Below are positions 12,944 through 30,833 of a stretch of DNA of 64,000 nt, piece by piece. Each line of letters starts with the position of its first letter. Position 1 is the first letter of the stretch. The position numbers and the translations under genes were made by a program. Source of the stretch: Phaeosaccion multiseriatum (Eukaryota > Protista > Ochrophyta, other classes); NCBI GenBank assembly GCA_965112735.1, contig OZ218960.1, forward strand, positions 2,666,001-2,730,000. The letters are read 5' to 3'. The notes below the pieces were generated by a model. That model had not been told where the DNA came from, did no database searches, and saw only the letters and a program-made list of their open reading frames with translations.

Positions 12944-15900
12944 TTGGCCATGCTGCTGTCGAGGATGGGGATGGTTGTGGTGGTGCTGCACCGGGTACTG
13001 TTTCTGCCCCCCTCGCTGCTGCTGTTGGGCGTGTTGCAACTGCTGCTGAGATGGGTATCCTTGAGGCCCGGACAATGGGGCATAAGCGCTGCCTCCGCTC
13101 CCCGCACCCATCCCGCGGTCAAAGTGCTGCTGCTCCCTCCGCTGCTGCTGCAGTTGTATCGCCAACTGCTGCTGTATCACCAATTGCTGCTGCTGCTGCT
13201 GCTGCTCCCTCCGCTGCCGGTGCAAAGAACCCCCCAAGGAGTGAGACGAAAGCATTCCTCCCCGCCCGCCTCCTCCACCCTCGCCGCTGACCATGCCGTC
13301 CCCCCCTCCTCCCCTCCCCTGTCCCCCCCTTCCCTCTCCCCCTCCCCCTCCTCCCCCTCTTCCTCCCCACCCGCCACTCGTCCCATCCAGACCACCCCCC
13401 CCCCCGCCCTGAAGCTGCTGCTGTATCATCGACTGCAGCCCCACATCCTTCTTCGATGCTCCTCCTCCTCCTCCTGCTCCTCCTCCTCCTCCTCCTGCTC
13501 CTCCACCACCCCCTCCTCCTCCTGCTCCTGCTCCTCCTCCTCCTCCTGCTGCTCCTCCTCCTCCTCCTGCTCCTGCTCCTCCCCCTCCTCCTCCTCCTCC
13601 TCCTCCTCCTCCTCCTCCTCCAGTATTCAGCGCACCAATCCCCGCCGCCAAGCGTCCGATGCTGCCCGCCACAAGACCGAGACCCCCTCCCATAGACAGT
13701 CCCGTTGAACGTCCGCTCTTGCGCTTGCTGCCTTTCTTGGCCTTCCTCTCTGCAGATGGCACATATTGCATCACCACATTTGTGTATGGTATTGCACGCG
13801 ACACGCACGCACGCACGCACGCACACATGTACGCACAAACAAAAGGGGTCGAAGAACCGATCAGTGTGGTACTCAAAAAAATGAACTGAGCCCACATACT
13901 AACGGGAACAGACCTCCCTCTCTCCCTCCCCCCCTCCCTCCCTCCCTTCCTCCCCTCCCTCACTCCTCCCGTCCACTGCCATCCCCCCTACTCACCTCCC
14001 GGCTTGTCCCCTCCCTTGCCCCCTGCATTGGCCCTCTCAATCTCCTCTTCCGTCATACCCCTCTTGAGGAAGACATGAGGGTTGAAGGGGTGATCACTGC
14101 TCACGAGGAAGTCATCAGGGTGACCTTCAAGGAACTTCTTGAGCCCTCCGTATTGGTCCTGGAGAGGGACATCAGAGGAGGAATGGGATTGAGGCAACAC
14201 ATGAGAGAGTTGGTGATACAAAGGGAGGGAGGGAGGGGAGGGGAGGGGAGGGAGGAGAGGCAGAGAGGGAGGGAGGGAGGGAAGGAGGGGAGAGAGGGAG
14301 GGGAGGCAGGGAGGCAGGGGAGGGGAAGGGAGGGAGGAGGGAGAGAGGGAATGAGTGACACCACTTGTATACACACACGTAACGGTGGTGGAAGCGGTGG
14401 AGTAGCGCCAAGTCCTCCCCTCCCCTCCTCCCTCCTCCTCCTCCTCCCCCTCCTCCTCCTCCTCCTCCTCCTCCTCCTCCTGCTCCTCCTGCTCCTCCCT
14501 CTCACCTTGAGTGTCTGACTGAGGGAGGCATTGGTGGTGGCCTCTTGAAGCAACTTGCCGATCTCCCCGACAGGCAGCGACCCCTTGTCGCTCAAGATCT
14601 CCTTGCTGAGGGCCAGAAGGGCGATGTCCGTAATCTCTGCCTTGAGCAGTAGAGAGCAGTAGTCGATACTGCCCCACACCTGTGTACAATGTGGTGTGTG
14701 TGTGCGTGCGTGTGTGTGTGTGCGTGTGTGTATGTGTGTGTATGTGTGTGTGTGTGCGTGTGTGTTTGTGTGTGTTTGTGTGTGTGTGTGCGTGTGTGTG
14801 GTTCCGGTGTGGTACAATCAGTTTCAGTTTGTAGACAGACAGTGTCATGTTGAGAGTGTCACTTTCGGTGGCTCTGGTCTCAGTTTTGAGTTTTACTCAA
14901 TGGTGGTCGATGCTCTCTCTGCCCTGCCCGACACATTAAAAAAAAAACAAGCCAGCCAATGCCATCATTGTCAATCAAGACGTCGATCTCGAGGTCGACA
15001 TTTATCCAAAGGCAGGTCGATAACATATCGAGGTCGAGGTAGGTCCATATCAAGGTCGACATCGATTTCGAGGTAGGTCGATAATATATCGAGGTCGAGG
15101 TAGGTCGATATCAAGGTCGACATCGATTTCGAGGTAGGTCGGTATGGAAAATGTGTACCACATGATGTGTTCCACATGGATGGAGGTGCACGTACCTGGT
15201 TGCGGTCTATGCTGAGCATCTCTCCCTCCCCTTGATCGTCCGCCATCTCCTCTGCGTGGGCCAGGTCCTCCTCTCCGTCGGCATCGAAGTGAGGGGGGAC
15301 GTCAGGCCGCCAGCCCTGGGGTTCCAGAGGGAGGGAGTGAGGGGAGGGAGGGAGGGAGAGAGGCAGTAAGGGAGTGAAGGAGTGAGAGAATGAGTGAGTG
15401 AGAGAGTGAGGGAGTGAGTTGAGTGAGTGGGTGAGTAAGTGAGTGAAAGAGTGAGTGAGTGAGTGAGTGAGTTGAGTGAGGGAGTGAGGGAGTGAGTTGA
15501 GTGAGTGGGGTGAGTGAGTGAGTGAGTGAGGAAGTGAGTTGAGTGGGTGAGTGAGTGCGTTGAGTGAGTGGGTGAGTGCGCACATGGGGTCTGCGACGTA
15601 CCTGGCCGAACCGTGCCCAACTCAGTGAGAAGAAGCTGTCCAGCATGGCCATGCTGCTCGAGACGACCTGAGAGGGAGTTTCAGTTTAAGTTGCAGAGAG
15701 GGAGGGATGGAGGGAGGGAGTGGGGCAGACACAGTTTGAGTTTCAGGTTATTGCCAGTTTCAGATCACTGAATGGTGGGCCCAACCAAGGGAAGGGATGG
15801 ATATCGGGGATCAAAATCGACGTCGATGCCAGGGATCGTATGGACTAAGCTTACCTGTGGCACTGGGGGCGGTGGCTGTGCCTGTCCGCGCTGGACCTTA

Positions 15901-18900
15901 GTCACCTCCCTTTGGAAGTTCAGGAGCAGCGGCTGGGGCGAGCGAGGAGGAGGAAGGAAGAAGAGGGGAGGGGAGGGAGGGAGGGAGGGAGGGAAGGGGA
16001 GGGGGGGGGGGGGAAGGGGAGGGAGGGAGGGAGGGAGAAGGAGGTGTCAAGGGATACAAGAGGGAGGAGGTGTGCAAGCAGAGACTGACAAGACGGGCAC
16101 CATGGACAAGACGGGCACAAAGGAGCGCTCCTACAAGACACTCCGACAAGACGAGAAGGGCGAGGAAGGAAGCTAGACCACGCACACCCACCCACACTTA
16201 CCCAGCCATCCACACTCACCCACCCACCCACCCACCCACGCACCCACACTCACGCACCCACACTCACCCACCCACCCAACCTCCCACCCACCCACCACCC
16301 CACGCACCCGCCCACACCCCCGCCACCCATATACCTGCAGATTCCTGGCCCCAATTTGCAATAAGTGCTTGACTCTCTTGGCCCTCCTCCTGTTCATGGT
16401 GTGACTGATGAGGTTATGTGAGGGATCCAGAGGGTGCATCACGTTCATTGCCCGCAGCACAAAGCAGCGAGGTGGTTTTTCGTTGGCTGCTCCTCCTCCT
16501 CCTCCTCCTCCTCCTCCTCCTCCTCCTCCTCCTCCTGCTACTGCGGCTCCTCCTCCTGCGGTATCACCAGCTGCTGAGCCTTGGCCCTGTCCTACATGAG
16601 CCGCCATTCGACTTCGCTGAGAATTGGACATCTCTCCTCCTCCTCCTCCTGCTCCTCCTCCTCCTCCTCCTCCTCCTCCTCCTCCTCCTCCTCCTCCTGC
16701 TCCTCCTCCTCCTCCTCCTCCTCCTCCTCCTCCTCTTCCTCCTCCTCCTGCTGCTGCTGCTCGATCCCGAGCTCGCCTTGAGTCTGACAACTCTCCACCT
16801 CCATTTGGCGCCGAGCCCTTGCGCGAGCGATTTGAGTTGGACAAGTCGCTTCTCTCCGCCCCTCCCCCTCCCCCTCCTGCCCCTGCCGCTTCCTGCTGTG
16901 TGCCTAGCATGCGCTGTCGAAAGCTCGCCAGCAAGGCTCGACTGAGGAGGTGGCCCTCGCTGCGAGGGGTGGAGCAAGGTGTGGTGGAACGAGGACAGAG
17001 AGGGGGAAGGGGAGGAGAGAGGGAGAGGGAGAGAGAGGAGAGAGAGAGGGGGAGAGAGAAGATAGAAGAGAGTCAGAGATAACACAACTGAAACACATGC
17101 TTGCTTTTTTCCTTATATCGACCGTCCCATCCCATCCCACCGCCATCCACTGCCATTTACCGCAAAACCCTGCCATCCACTGCCATCCACTGCCATCCCA
17201 CCCCCATTCCACTAACGTACGTGTCGGGCATTTCCATCGCCGCCCTATCCGCCGCTCCGTCTCTGCCGAGCCCAGCCTCTGAAGACGCGTCCACCTTCCC
17301 GTCCACGCACAGACACTGCTTGGAAAAGTCAAAGGTGCTGTACACGTGAAAGAACATTGCCAAGAGTTGTAACGGCTGCTTGAGCACAGCGTGGTGAATG
17401 TTGGCGACAGAGAGAACCATGGCAACGAGGGTTGCTTCGGAGATGCACGCGAGGGTGTTGGTGCCGGTGTAACCGCGGCTTTCGTACAGCCACCATGCCT
17501 TTGTTTAGGGTTGGGGTTGGGAAAGGGAAAGAGGGAAGGGGGGGGGTTAAGAAAAAAGGGAGGGGAGGGAGGGAGGGAGGGAGGGGAAGGGAAAGAATGA
17601 GAGGGAGGGAGAGAGAGAGGGAGGGAGGGAGGGAAGGAGGGAGGGAGGGAGAGGGAGGGGAGGAAGGGGAGGGAGGGAGGCGGGAGGGAGGCGGGAGGGA
17701 GGGAGCAGAGAGGGAAGGAAGGAGGGAGGGAGGGAGGGGAGGAAGGGAGTGAGGGGAAGGGACGGAAGGGGAGGGAAGTCAGTGAAGGTGCGTGTGAAGC
17801 GATCAGTGACTCTATGCGCGCACATCTGAGTGTGTGTGTGCGTGTCATGATGTGTGCGCGCGCGTGCGTGTGTGTGTGTGCGCGTGGGTGCGGGGCCCAA
17901 AGCTTTGAGGTGGGGTGAGCAGCCCTCTCGCATAAGAAGCCTGCCCCTCCTCCTCCTCCTCCTCCTCCTCCTCCAATCTCCAATCCCTTCTCTCTCCTTT
18001 TGTTTCCTCTTCTCTCTCACCTTGATGAGTAGCAGTCCCCTCTTGAAGAGATGCCCTTTCCCGAGCAACACGTCAACCTCCTCCACAAAAGCCACCATGA
18101 GCAACTCCCCCAGTTGGTTCGCCGGCAGATCCACAGATACACGGTTATCAATCACGCACTTGATCCGTTGGGTAATGCCATTGTTGACAAAATTTACATT
18201 GGAAAGCCGGTGTCTGAAAGCTGACATCTCGCCAGCCCTTCCTCCTCCTCCTCCTGCGCCGCTGCCGCTGCTTCCCCGGCTCGTTCTGCTGCAGTTACTG
18301 TTGTTGCTGTTGCTATTCACAAAAGAGATTTCTGCCTTCACTGCAGCGACTGGTCCGCCCGTTGCTCCTGCTGCGGCTCTTCCTCCCCCTCCTGCTCCCC
18401 CTGCTCCTCCTCCTGCTCCTCCTCCTCCTCCTCCTCCTCCTCCTCCTCCTCCTCCTCCTCCCCCTGCTCCCTCCTCTGCACCATCCCCTGCAATCCCTTC
18501 GCTGGAAACCTTGCACAGCATCTCCGAGAGCCGAAGGAACCACGTCTGCTCCCGCCCGTGGCACAGGAAGGCACTCATTGTCACCTCTGCACACGCACAG
18601 CAGTTGGTGATACGGCACAGCACAGCACAGCACGGCACATACACACACACACACGGAGAGAGAGAGAGAGCGAGAGAGAGCACAGCAGGAGCGATGGCAG
18701 TGGATGGCAGAATACACAACGCAAGGAATGAGACGAACATAACATGAACGACATTGCAGGCAGACTGGCATACGGGCAGGCCTGCCGGCCCCACCTCACT
18801 GATCAAGCGCCCCTCCTCTCCCCTCCGCCTCCTCCTCCTCCTCCTTTCCCCCCCCCCCCCTCCCACCCCTCCTCCTTCTCCTCCTCCCTCTCCTCCTCCA

Positions 18901-19194
18901 ACGCTCCGTGTCCTTACCTTCGTCGGGCAGATACACTCTCAAAGCGTATCCCCCAATGGGATAACACTGCGCGCCCAGGGCCCTCTTGGCTTGATGCGCC
19001 ACAAACATAAACACACTGCTTCTGTACATATCCGCCGCTGGAGAGGGCGACAAAAGCCGAAGCAGGTCTTGCACCCGTCGGTCGATGGGCAGAGGCTCAC
19101 TGTTGGTGGGGATGAGGGAGGCGGGGAGGAAGACTTGGTTGGAGCCTTCTCCACTGAAGCTCGGCATCCGACTCAGCCAAGGTATGCCCATGCC

Positions 19195-19242
<48 letters not shown>

Positions 19243-22200
19243 GAAAGCTGTCATCATCCCTAAACCTCCACCGCCACCACCACCTCCTCTGCTACTATAC
19301 CCACTGCTACTGCCCCATCCCCCCCCCCCACCACCCATCCAGAAGGGCACAGGTGGGGGCGACACCCCTGTTGCTACAGTAGTGGTGTTGGTGGCAATAG
19401 TGCTGAGGCTTTGACCGGAGCCGAAGCCAGAAGCATTGAAACCAAAGCCCATTCCCAGGCCGAGGTGCCGAATGTGGGGTGACGGAGGCGACGCCAGCCC
19501 TACCATGGTGTTGCTGTAATTCCTCGCCAGACCGAAGGCCGCAGGTGACTTTGACAGTCCGTCACCTGCCCCACTCACACCACTCACGCCGAGCCGCCCA
19601 GCCCCACCCCCACTTCCACTCCCACTGGCGCTGTTCGTGCTGGTATTCCCTGTTCCACCCCAACCCATACCCAAACGCGAGAAGAAGCCGCCACCCCCAC
19701 CCCCTGATCCGCCTTGCTGCTGTGAAGAGAATTCAGTACTTCCACTGCCGTCTTCACCGTGACCCTCCCCCTGTCCCTGTCCTTGCCGCTGCGCATTCGA
19801 GTAGGCCTGATGTGAGTAACCGCCTATACCACCAACCCCAGCACCACCACCAGCACTCGAAAGGTTACTGAAGGAACCGTACCCCGTAGCACCAACACTG
19901 ATACCACCCACGCCACCCTCCTGACCGTCTGTCGGGGTCATGCCTGCTTGGCGGAGGAGAGCGCCCAGGGAATCCCCTCCACCCCCATCCATTGCCATCC
20001 CCATCCCTCCTCCTCCTCCTCCGCTGGCGCCGCGGCCGTGCTGGTGCATAAAGAGGCTCTGTTGATAGTTCAGCACGGCGTCAAGGCGATCGTCTTCGGC
20101 TTCGTTCTGATCCGCGTCGTCGTCTTCCTGTAACCCCGTCCCTCCTCCTCCTCCTCCTCCTCCTCCTCCTCCTGCAGCTGCTGCTGCCGCTGCTATACCT
20201 CCTCCTTCTGTTGTTGCTATGCCTCCTCCTCTTCCTCTTCCTCCTCCCCCCCCCTCTCCAATTCCACTAAGACGGCCGTGGATATCAATGTCACCACCAG
20301 CACCAGCACCAATGCCACCACTTCCGCCACTGACATACACGCCGTCATCGGCTCCCGGCAAGGGTTTGGCCAGTTGGGTGAAGCTCTCTACCCGATGTAC
20401 CACATTATCCAGATCGCTCATGTCAATGACCTGCCCAAACGAGTTCTGTCTCGGCCCCAGCTCTAGCATGGGGCCAAAGGAGTGCGAGCGTTGAAGCAGA
20501 CCCGGCGGCATATTCCCGAAGGACCCCACCATGAAACCATCGCCCAGTCCTGCTGCTCCTCCTGTTGTTGTATCACCACCTGCTGCCGCCGCCGCCGCTG
20601 CTGCTGCTGCTCCTGCTGTCAGCTGACCGCCGTGACCACTGTCTCTCCCCTCTGGCAGGGGCGGCATGCCTTCTCTCGACAGCGAAGATCTTCTCCTCTC
20701 CTCCCCCTCCCCGCCCCTCAGGCCGTCTCCCAAACCTATGCCCCCCCCTACCCCTCTCTTCCCCCCTCCTCCTCCTCCTTCTGCAGCCTCCAGCTCCTGC
20801 ATCTTCCGAACAAGCTTCTCCACCAGTTGGCTCTGCACCTGAATCTGTTGATGTGCCATGATCATCTGGTGCGAGAGCTCCTGATTCTGCTCGTCTCTTC
20901 TCTGCAGCTCCTCCAGCACCTGCCCTACTTGCCCTTGAAGTCCGAGCATCGACGTAGCCTTGTCCAAGAAGAAGATGAAGTCATCACAGGTCCACACGTC
21001 ATCCAGGGTCGCAAGCCCACCCAAGTACTCTGCTAACGAAGCTTCTCTCGCCTGTAGGAAGGAAGGCTCCGTGCTGGACCCCAGAAGTCGCTTGCCCGGC
21101 AAGGAGGGCAGGGTCAGGCGAGGGAACTTTCGCTGGAGGATGCGGTGGAGTCGCCAGAACTCTCCATAGCGGCGTTTCACCAACCACTGATGCATGCCAG
21201 CTGTGACCACCACTCGATACATGGCGTGCTTGGCACCCTTTTCGTCTTTCTCCAGCTCGCTGCCCTCGATGGTGACGCCAAAGTATAAGGGCCGAGGGAT
21301 ACGATCGCTTTGCCCCTCCTGCCCCCCCCCCCCCCCCCCCTCCCCCTGCTGCTGGTGCGGCTGCTGCGGCCCCTCCTCTTCTTTCTTATTATTTTGCGCC
21401 GTTGTCGTCGTCCCCACTCCTCCTCCCGCTGCCCCCCCGCCTGCTGCGGCCTGGTGCTGCGGCTGCTGCGGTGGCTGTTCTGCCTCACCCCTCTGCTGTG
21501 CCTGCCCCTCGACCAGCAAGCCGTCATCCAAGAGAGGCGTAGATATGTCCAACTGTGGCAGCTGTTGCACCTGTTGCTGCAGCGGTTGCAAGGGTGGGAG
21601 AGCGGCTCTGGCTCCTACATCGCCTCCAAGCCTGCCCCCTTCTTGTGTCTGCCCGCCTTCGTCATCCCCTGCGACCACGTCCAGATGCTGGCCGTACCCA
21701 TAGTCAGCAGCAGCAGCCGCAGCACCAGCAGCAACAGCAGCATCACCACCCACAGCAGTGTCCTCCACACCACCCTGCCTCTCCTCACCCCTGCTGCTGA
21801 TCGGCACTGCTCCACCATTGGTTGGGGTCGCAAAGGGATCTGCGGGGAAGGTAACCGTCACAGGTACATCATTACTGGTGCTGCTGCTGCCGCCGCCGCC
21901 GCCGCTGGGATGGAAAGGCGGGCCTCCGAGCGCCAGAGGGGGCGCGGGGGGGCCTGGGCCTGGAACTAAGTGAGAAGGAAGAGCTGCTTCCGCCGGCGCT
22001 GCTAGTGGGACAGCAGGTACTGGTCCACCAGTGACACCAAAGCCAATCTTGTAGCCCTCATCCAAGGCCTGAGTGTCTTTCTCCTCGCTGCCGGGGCAAA
22101 TTGCGAAAATATTGACGAGCGGAGACAGGGAGGGCGGGTGCGGAAAAGGGAGGGAGGGGGAAGAAGGATGAACGGAGGTAAGAGGGGTGTGGTATGGAGA

Positions 22201-22428
22201 GAGCCGCGGGAACCACACACAAAGCACACAAATGACGGGAAAGGGTCAGAGAGGACGAGGATAGACACAGACCCAGGCCGGAAGAATATTGTTGCACTTC
22301 CCCCCGCCCTACGTCCCCCCCTCCCCACAACACTACACACTTCCCCCCCGATAGCGATTACCCCCGCCCTACCCCCCGCTCCTCTCTAAACGTCCCTCTT
22401 CGCATATCACCCACCACACCCACCTCAT
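12635..22428 (-). CDS. Multi-exon protein: PX domain + PAP/OAS1-like nucleotidyltransferase fold (degenerate active site) + LOTUS/OST-HTH-like domain + Gly/Gln-rich tail
   Basis: PX: [49 protein letters not shown]. NTase-like: [16 protein letters not shown]|[18 protein letters not shown]|[32 protein letters not shown]|GWRPD. C-terminal: [11 protein letters not shown]...[15 protein letters not shown]. Probable 5-nt first coding exon ATGAG at 22424-22428. Last exon is polyG/polyQ with stop at 12635. Confidence 0.8.
12705..12900 (-). repeat. Coding (CAA)n run, polyglutamine
   Basis: (GTT)n on the + strand within the last exon of the PX gene. Confidence 0.9.
14980..15142. repeat. TCGA-rich intronic tandem repeat (about 60-bp unit)
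   Basis: AGGTAGGTCGATA..ATATCGAGGTCGAGGTAGGTC.ATATCAAGGTCGACATCGATTTCG repeated about 2.5 times. Confidence 0.8.
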
Positions 22429-24056
22429 CGCCTCTCCTTCCCCTGCTCCTCCTCCTGCTCCGTCCAGATCACGTCCACCACTCTCAGCCGCACGAACACC
22501 ATAGGCCGGAGATGGGGGTTGCGCACACCATTGGGAGAGTCCAACAGCTTTCCTTTTGCCGCCTCTCTCAGGACCTGCTGGATTTTACAGGGTAGGCACT
22601 ACGTGCTGCTGTTTTCATTTGCGTTGAGCGGCTTGGGGAGGTAGAACGTGACGTCACTCGCCATTTGTGAGGACATCACATGTGGGGGTATATGGGAAGA
22701 TGGTGTCGCTCGTCTGGCCCCCGATAAGCAGAAGCCTAGAGGCGGCCTGCGGCCGAAAGCCGAGAAGCCAGGGGCTGGGTCGCGACCAGCAGCAGCCAGT
22801 CACCAGCAGAACCAAAAAAAGCCAGCAGAAGCCAGAAGTACGGCTGTACGGCCGAAAGCTGAGAAGCCAGCGCTGGCCTGGGGGCTGCGGGGCTGCGGCC
22901 GTGCGGCCAGAATCGCCAGAAGCCCGAAGCCAGGAGGGGGCTAGCTACGGCCCAGAAGCCAGGAGCCAGAGAAACCTCGCGGGGGGCCGACGATTCGAAT
23001 AATCATAATCGAATAATCTTCTCTGCCACCGCACTTGGTAGGGTCCTCCTTTTCACCACACCCCGTACTATCAGTACTACCGTACACAGTCTTGTGTGCC
23101 TACCCAGTGCTTCTTGAAGCTTCGGACATTGCCCTACAGCCCTACAGCCCTACAGCTGGGCGACGTAGTGTTGGGCTGGGTGGTGTCGAGTTGGAGTGGA
23201 CCTCAGCATATTTCGTAGCCTGCAGAGCCAATACTCAGCCCTTCGCGGAGCGGATCATATACAGGGCTTTGGGAGCAGGCACGTGGTCGAGAATTGTGAG
23301 AATAATAGAAACGGTACATTTCTGTGCCCACTTTGGCATACGTCCCATCGGCGATCATATACAGCGCTTTGGACGAGCGAAGGGCAGAATCGAAAAGGGT
23401 GTGAAACTGAAATTTATTATGTCTCCGCGTCTTCGTTCAGCCCCTCCCCCCCCCCCCCGGTTCCTTCTCTGCGAATGGAGCGAGGCCTATCCCTTCTCCT
23501 CGCTCCATCTGTGCCACTCTCCACGAAAAGTTCAGGCCTGTCTCTCCCTCGCTTCGCAGGTTTTGCATGTCCAGCCTTCGCTCGCCGGCGGAACCTCTTA
23601 TCTCTTGTTGGCTGGGCCAAGGCCAACGGAGGCTGCCTGCATGCATTACGTCTGATACCCTATACACAATGAAGCGAGTGCCCCTACGACCCTGTGGTCC
23701 TATGGTAGCCATGGCCCTCCCTATATACTTCTACTATATATGAGCGAGTCCACCCTTATCCTACTTGCTCGTCACACTTAGCTAGTCGCTCAGTCGAGTA
23801 CAAGCAAGTCGATATGCCCCATACGCCGGGCATATTGTCGGGTGATGATCAATTTGGGCAGCCGGCCCAGAGTGCTCATTCACCCCCCCAAGAGTGCTCA
23901 CGTGCTAACTCAGGCACTACTAAGTCCGTAATCGTCCCCTTTTACGGAAGTCGATTTCTAAAGTGGAGTACGACTCAGTTAGTCGACATCCCTTACTCCT
24001 ACTCTGTTAGGCGAGGTGCCCTTGTCAACGAGTCGACGTCCCCTACATGTACTCAC

Positions 24057-28227
<4,171 letters not shown>

Positions 28228-28381
28228 CCTGGGGCCCAGGGTAGCCCCTTCTGTGGACAACACACACAAGGAATATCCACAAGGCGGCACAGTCAAAAGT
28301 GTAACGGAAAAAACGAACTACAGGACACAGGCGAGGGTGGTGGGAGCGCAGAGGAAGAGAAGAAGAGGAAGAAAGAAGATA
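28228..28381. promoter_or_regulatory. Compact bidirectional promoter region (GT gene / IFT25)
   Basis: Divergent inferred start codons are only about 154 bp apart. Confidence 0.55.
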
Positions 28382-29829
28382 ATGGAGTTGGCTAGCATCC
28401 AAGAGGGGTGCAGCATTCTCTCTGCGTCGTCTTTCGATGTCAGGCACCCCGGTAGCAACATTCTGGAAGGGTGAGGAAGAGCCTAAAGCGAATGCCCTTG
28501 TCACCTTCGCCCCCCCTTTCGCCTTCACTCCACTGCTTTCTCATTCCACATGACCGTGCGTCCTCCCCTGTCCCTTCTCCAGAGATAAGACTTGCTTCTG
28601 GAGCACCACAGGCGGATATCCACAGGTGAGTCTTGGAGGACGTGCTTGTCTAGGGGAAGAAAGGGGAGGGAGGAAGAGTTCTTCCCCCGTGTGCTTCTTC
28701 CCTTCTGTCGCTCGTGTGGGCTGAGTGGTTTTGAAAAGGGCAGAGGTACCTTCGCAAGGGAAGAGCAATGTAGTGCATCCCAGGGAGTGCTGCATTTCAG
28801 TTTGTCGCAACATGGCGAGGACCCGGACTATCACCCTATAATATACTTGCAACCCCCTCCCCTTCTCCTCCCTCATGGTGCTCAGGAGGTGATCGTGCAG
28901 CTTGGGAGCGCGTCGAACATCCAACTGATAGAGACCACAACCACCAATGCCCGGAAGATGACGTGCGAGGCATGCACCGGACACAGCCCCACGTCCTGGG
29001 AGGTAAGTAGGCGCAGTCGATGGTATGGACCGCGCTTTCGTCACGTGTGGCTCTTCCTTACCCTTTTGAGCAGCCGGATTGGTTGCTACTTCTGGCTGAC
29101 TGCGCAGTCAGCCGCACCATTGTTCAGCTCGGCGTGGCTTCAAGGCCTGGCGTTGCGGGTGCCTTTCCGTGACTCGCTCTCTCCCCACATCAATCTCCTC
29201 TCTCTTTCTCTCTCTCTCTCCGCCTCTCTTCCCTCTCTCTCGCTACCTCTCTCCTCGCTCTCACTGTCTCTCATTCTCTCTCTCCTCGCTCTCCACCCTC
29301 CATCTCTCTCCCTCACGCTCTCTCGCTCTCTCACTCTCACTCATGCTTTCTCGCTCCCTTGCGCTCTCTTTCATTCTCTCTCTCGCTCTCTCACGCTCTC
29401 CTTATATCCGCCTTCAACATGCATCTCTTCGTCTCTCGCTCTTTCCTCACACCCATTTCCCGTTTCGAGTATGTACCCGCTATAGCTATCTCTTGCTAGT
29501 TTGTCGCCTTCCCTCGCTCGGGCCATCCTGTAACCGCCTCCCTCCCTCCCTCCCTCCCTCCCTCCCTCCCTCCCTCCCTCCCTGCCTGCACCTACATGCA
29601 CCCCTGCTTCCTCTCTCCCTTCCTTCCTGTTGTAACTCCCTGCTACCAACCGCAGAGGCTGTACAGTGTGGAATTAGAGGACAGCGATGGTCAGTTACAG
29701 ACAGACTCGCACCGGATTGGCAGCTCATCGGACAGCGACAGCGACAGTTACACCTTCCTCAAATTCACGCTGTGCTCCGGCCACAGTGAGATTAGCACCT
29801 TCAACAGCCTGTCTATCCGATCCAGATAG
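28382..29829 (+). CDS. IFT25: Intraflagellar transport protein 25 (HSPB11), about 140 aa
   Basis: Exons 28382-28470, 28583-28625, 28886-29002 and 29656-29829 join in frame (423 nt): MELASIQEGCSILSASSFDVRHPGSNILEGDKTCFWSTTGGYPQEVIVQL...DGQLQTD...TFLKFTLCSG. This matches the IFT25 pattern HPxxNIxxG...FWxTTGxxPQE...GQLQ...yLxF. Confidence 0.88.
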
Positions 29830-30833
29830 CAGGTGTGGCCTCACTCACAGCTTGCGTCGATGAGGAAGGGAGGGGGGGGAGTTGGTGCTACCCGTCGATG
29901 ACACCCCCCCCGAGCCGAGGCGGCACCACCGCTGCTCTATTTTTTTTTGTACAGAACCAGCACTCAGGTTAGCAGAGCGATGCATCCGCATCTGCTTTCG
30001 ATCCCTCTCCTCCCACGGCCTCTCAGCGCTCCCACGACTATTCGCCGTATCGGAGCACGCGCGCTTGTGGTCGTCGCCATTTGCTACTGCTCTACCACTC
30101 ACTTGGTGGGCGACTCCCTGTCATGGCTTGTAACGTGTCTGGACATGCTTCTCTTCGTCCACAGCACGTGTCTGGGAGGACGACAAGAGTGGCAGGCACG
30201 TCATATGTTTTGGACGGTGTGAAGGGACCTAAATTCAGTGCTGCGTCCAGGTCACAGGTTACGGCAGCCAAACAACCAACGGTTCCCCAGATGCCAACTG
30301 CGCAGAGCAGCAGCAAGTGGCGACGAGGGCAAGGGCTGCCCCGATCAGGTCGAGGGTTTTTTGGGGGGGGGGGGAGCGTACGTACGTACGTACGTACGTA
30401 CCCGTGTCTACTCTCCTTGGGGGGAGGAGGGGAGGAAGGAGAGGGTAACAAGGTAGCGGCCTTGCGCAGGGCCGTTGGTGATACATGCACAGCAGCGCTA
30501 TAGGGGGGGGGCACAAGGGGGCGGACGGGCGCGGCAGACGGCTGAGACTGAGACTTGAGGAGAGATTCGAAGGTTTCCGTTCCAGTTTATGGACCAAAAA
30601 TATGATGTCGATGCAAATCGAAGGGGCCGTTTGTAGCCCGCTGTTCGCACGCTTCGTTCAAACGCTTGGCCTCCTTCGGTCTTTGGGTCACAGAGAAAAA
30701 GTAACACAACAACAGAGGAGGAAAAAATGTGAAAAAAATCTAAGGGGGGTACTAAACTGAAACTGAAACTGAAACAGTTGAGATTGATACCGGGGCGCGA
30801 AAGGAGCTGCGAGGGCAGGGAGCAGACGTGCAG

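Noticed and set aside
12560-13708. PolyLeu, polyVal and polyAsn ORFs
   Set aside because: Alternative frames of the (CAA)n polyQ tract in the PX gene's last exon.
23000-24050. Microsatellite-poor intergenic stretch as a possible TE or horizontally acquired insert
   Set aside because: No transposase/RT motifs, terminal repeats or credible ORF.
30755-30778. (AAACTG)n short runs (also near 14819, 15678, 62688) as telomere-like repeats
   Set aside because: Very short, not G-rich telomere type, and indistinguishable from ordinary microsatellites.
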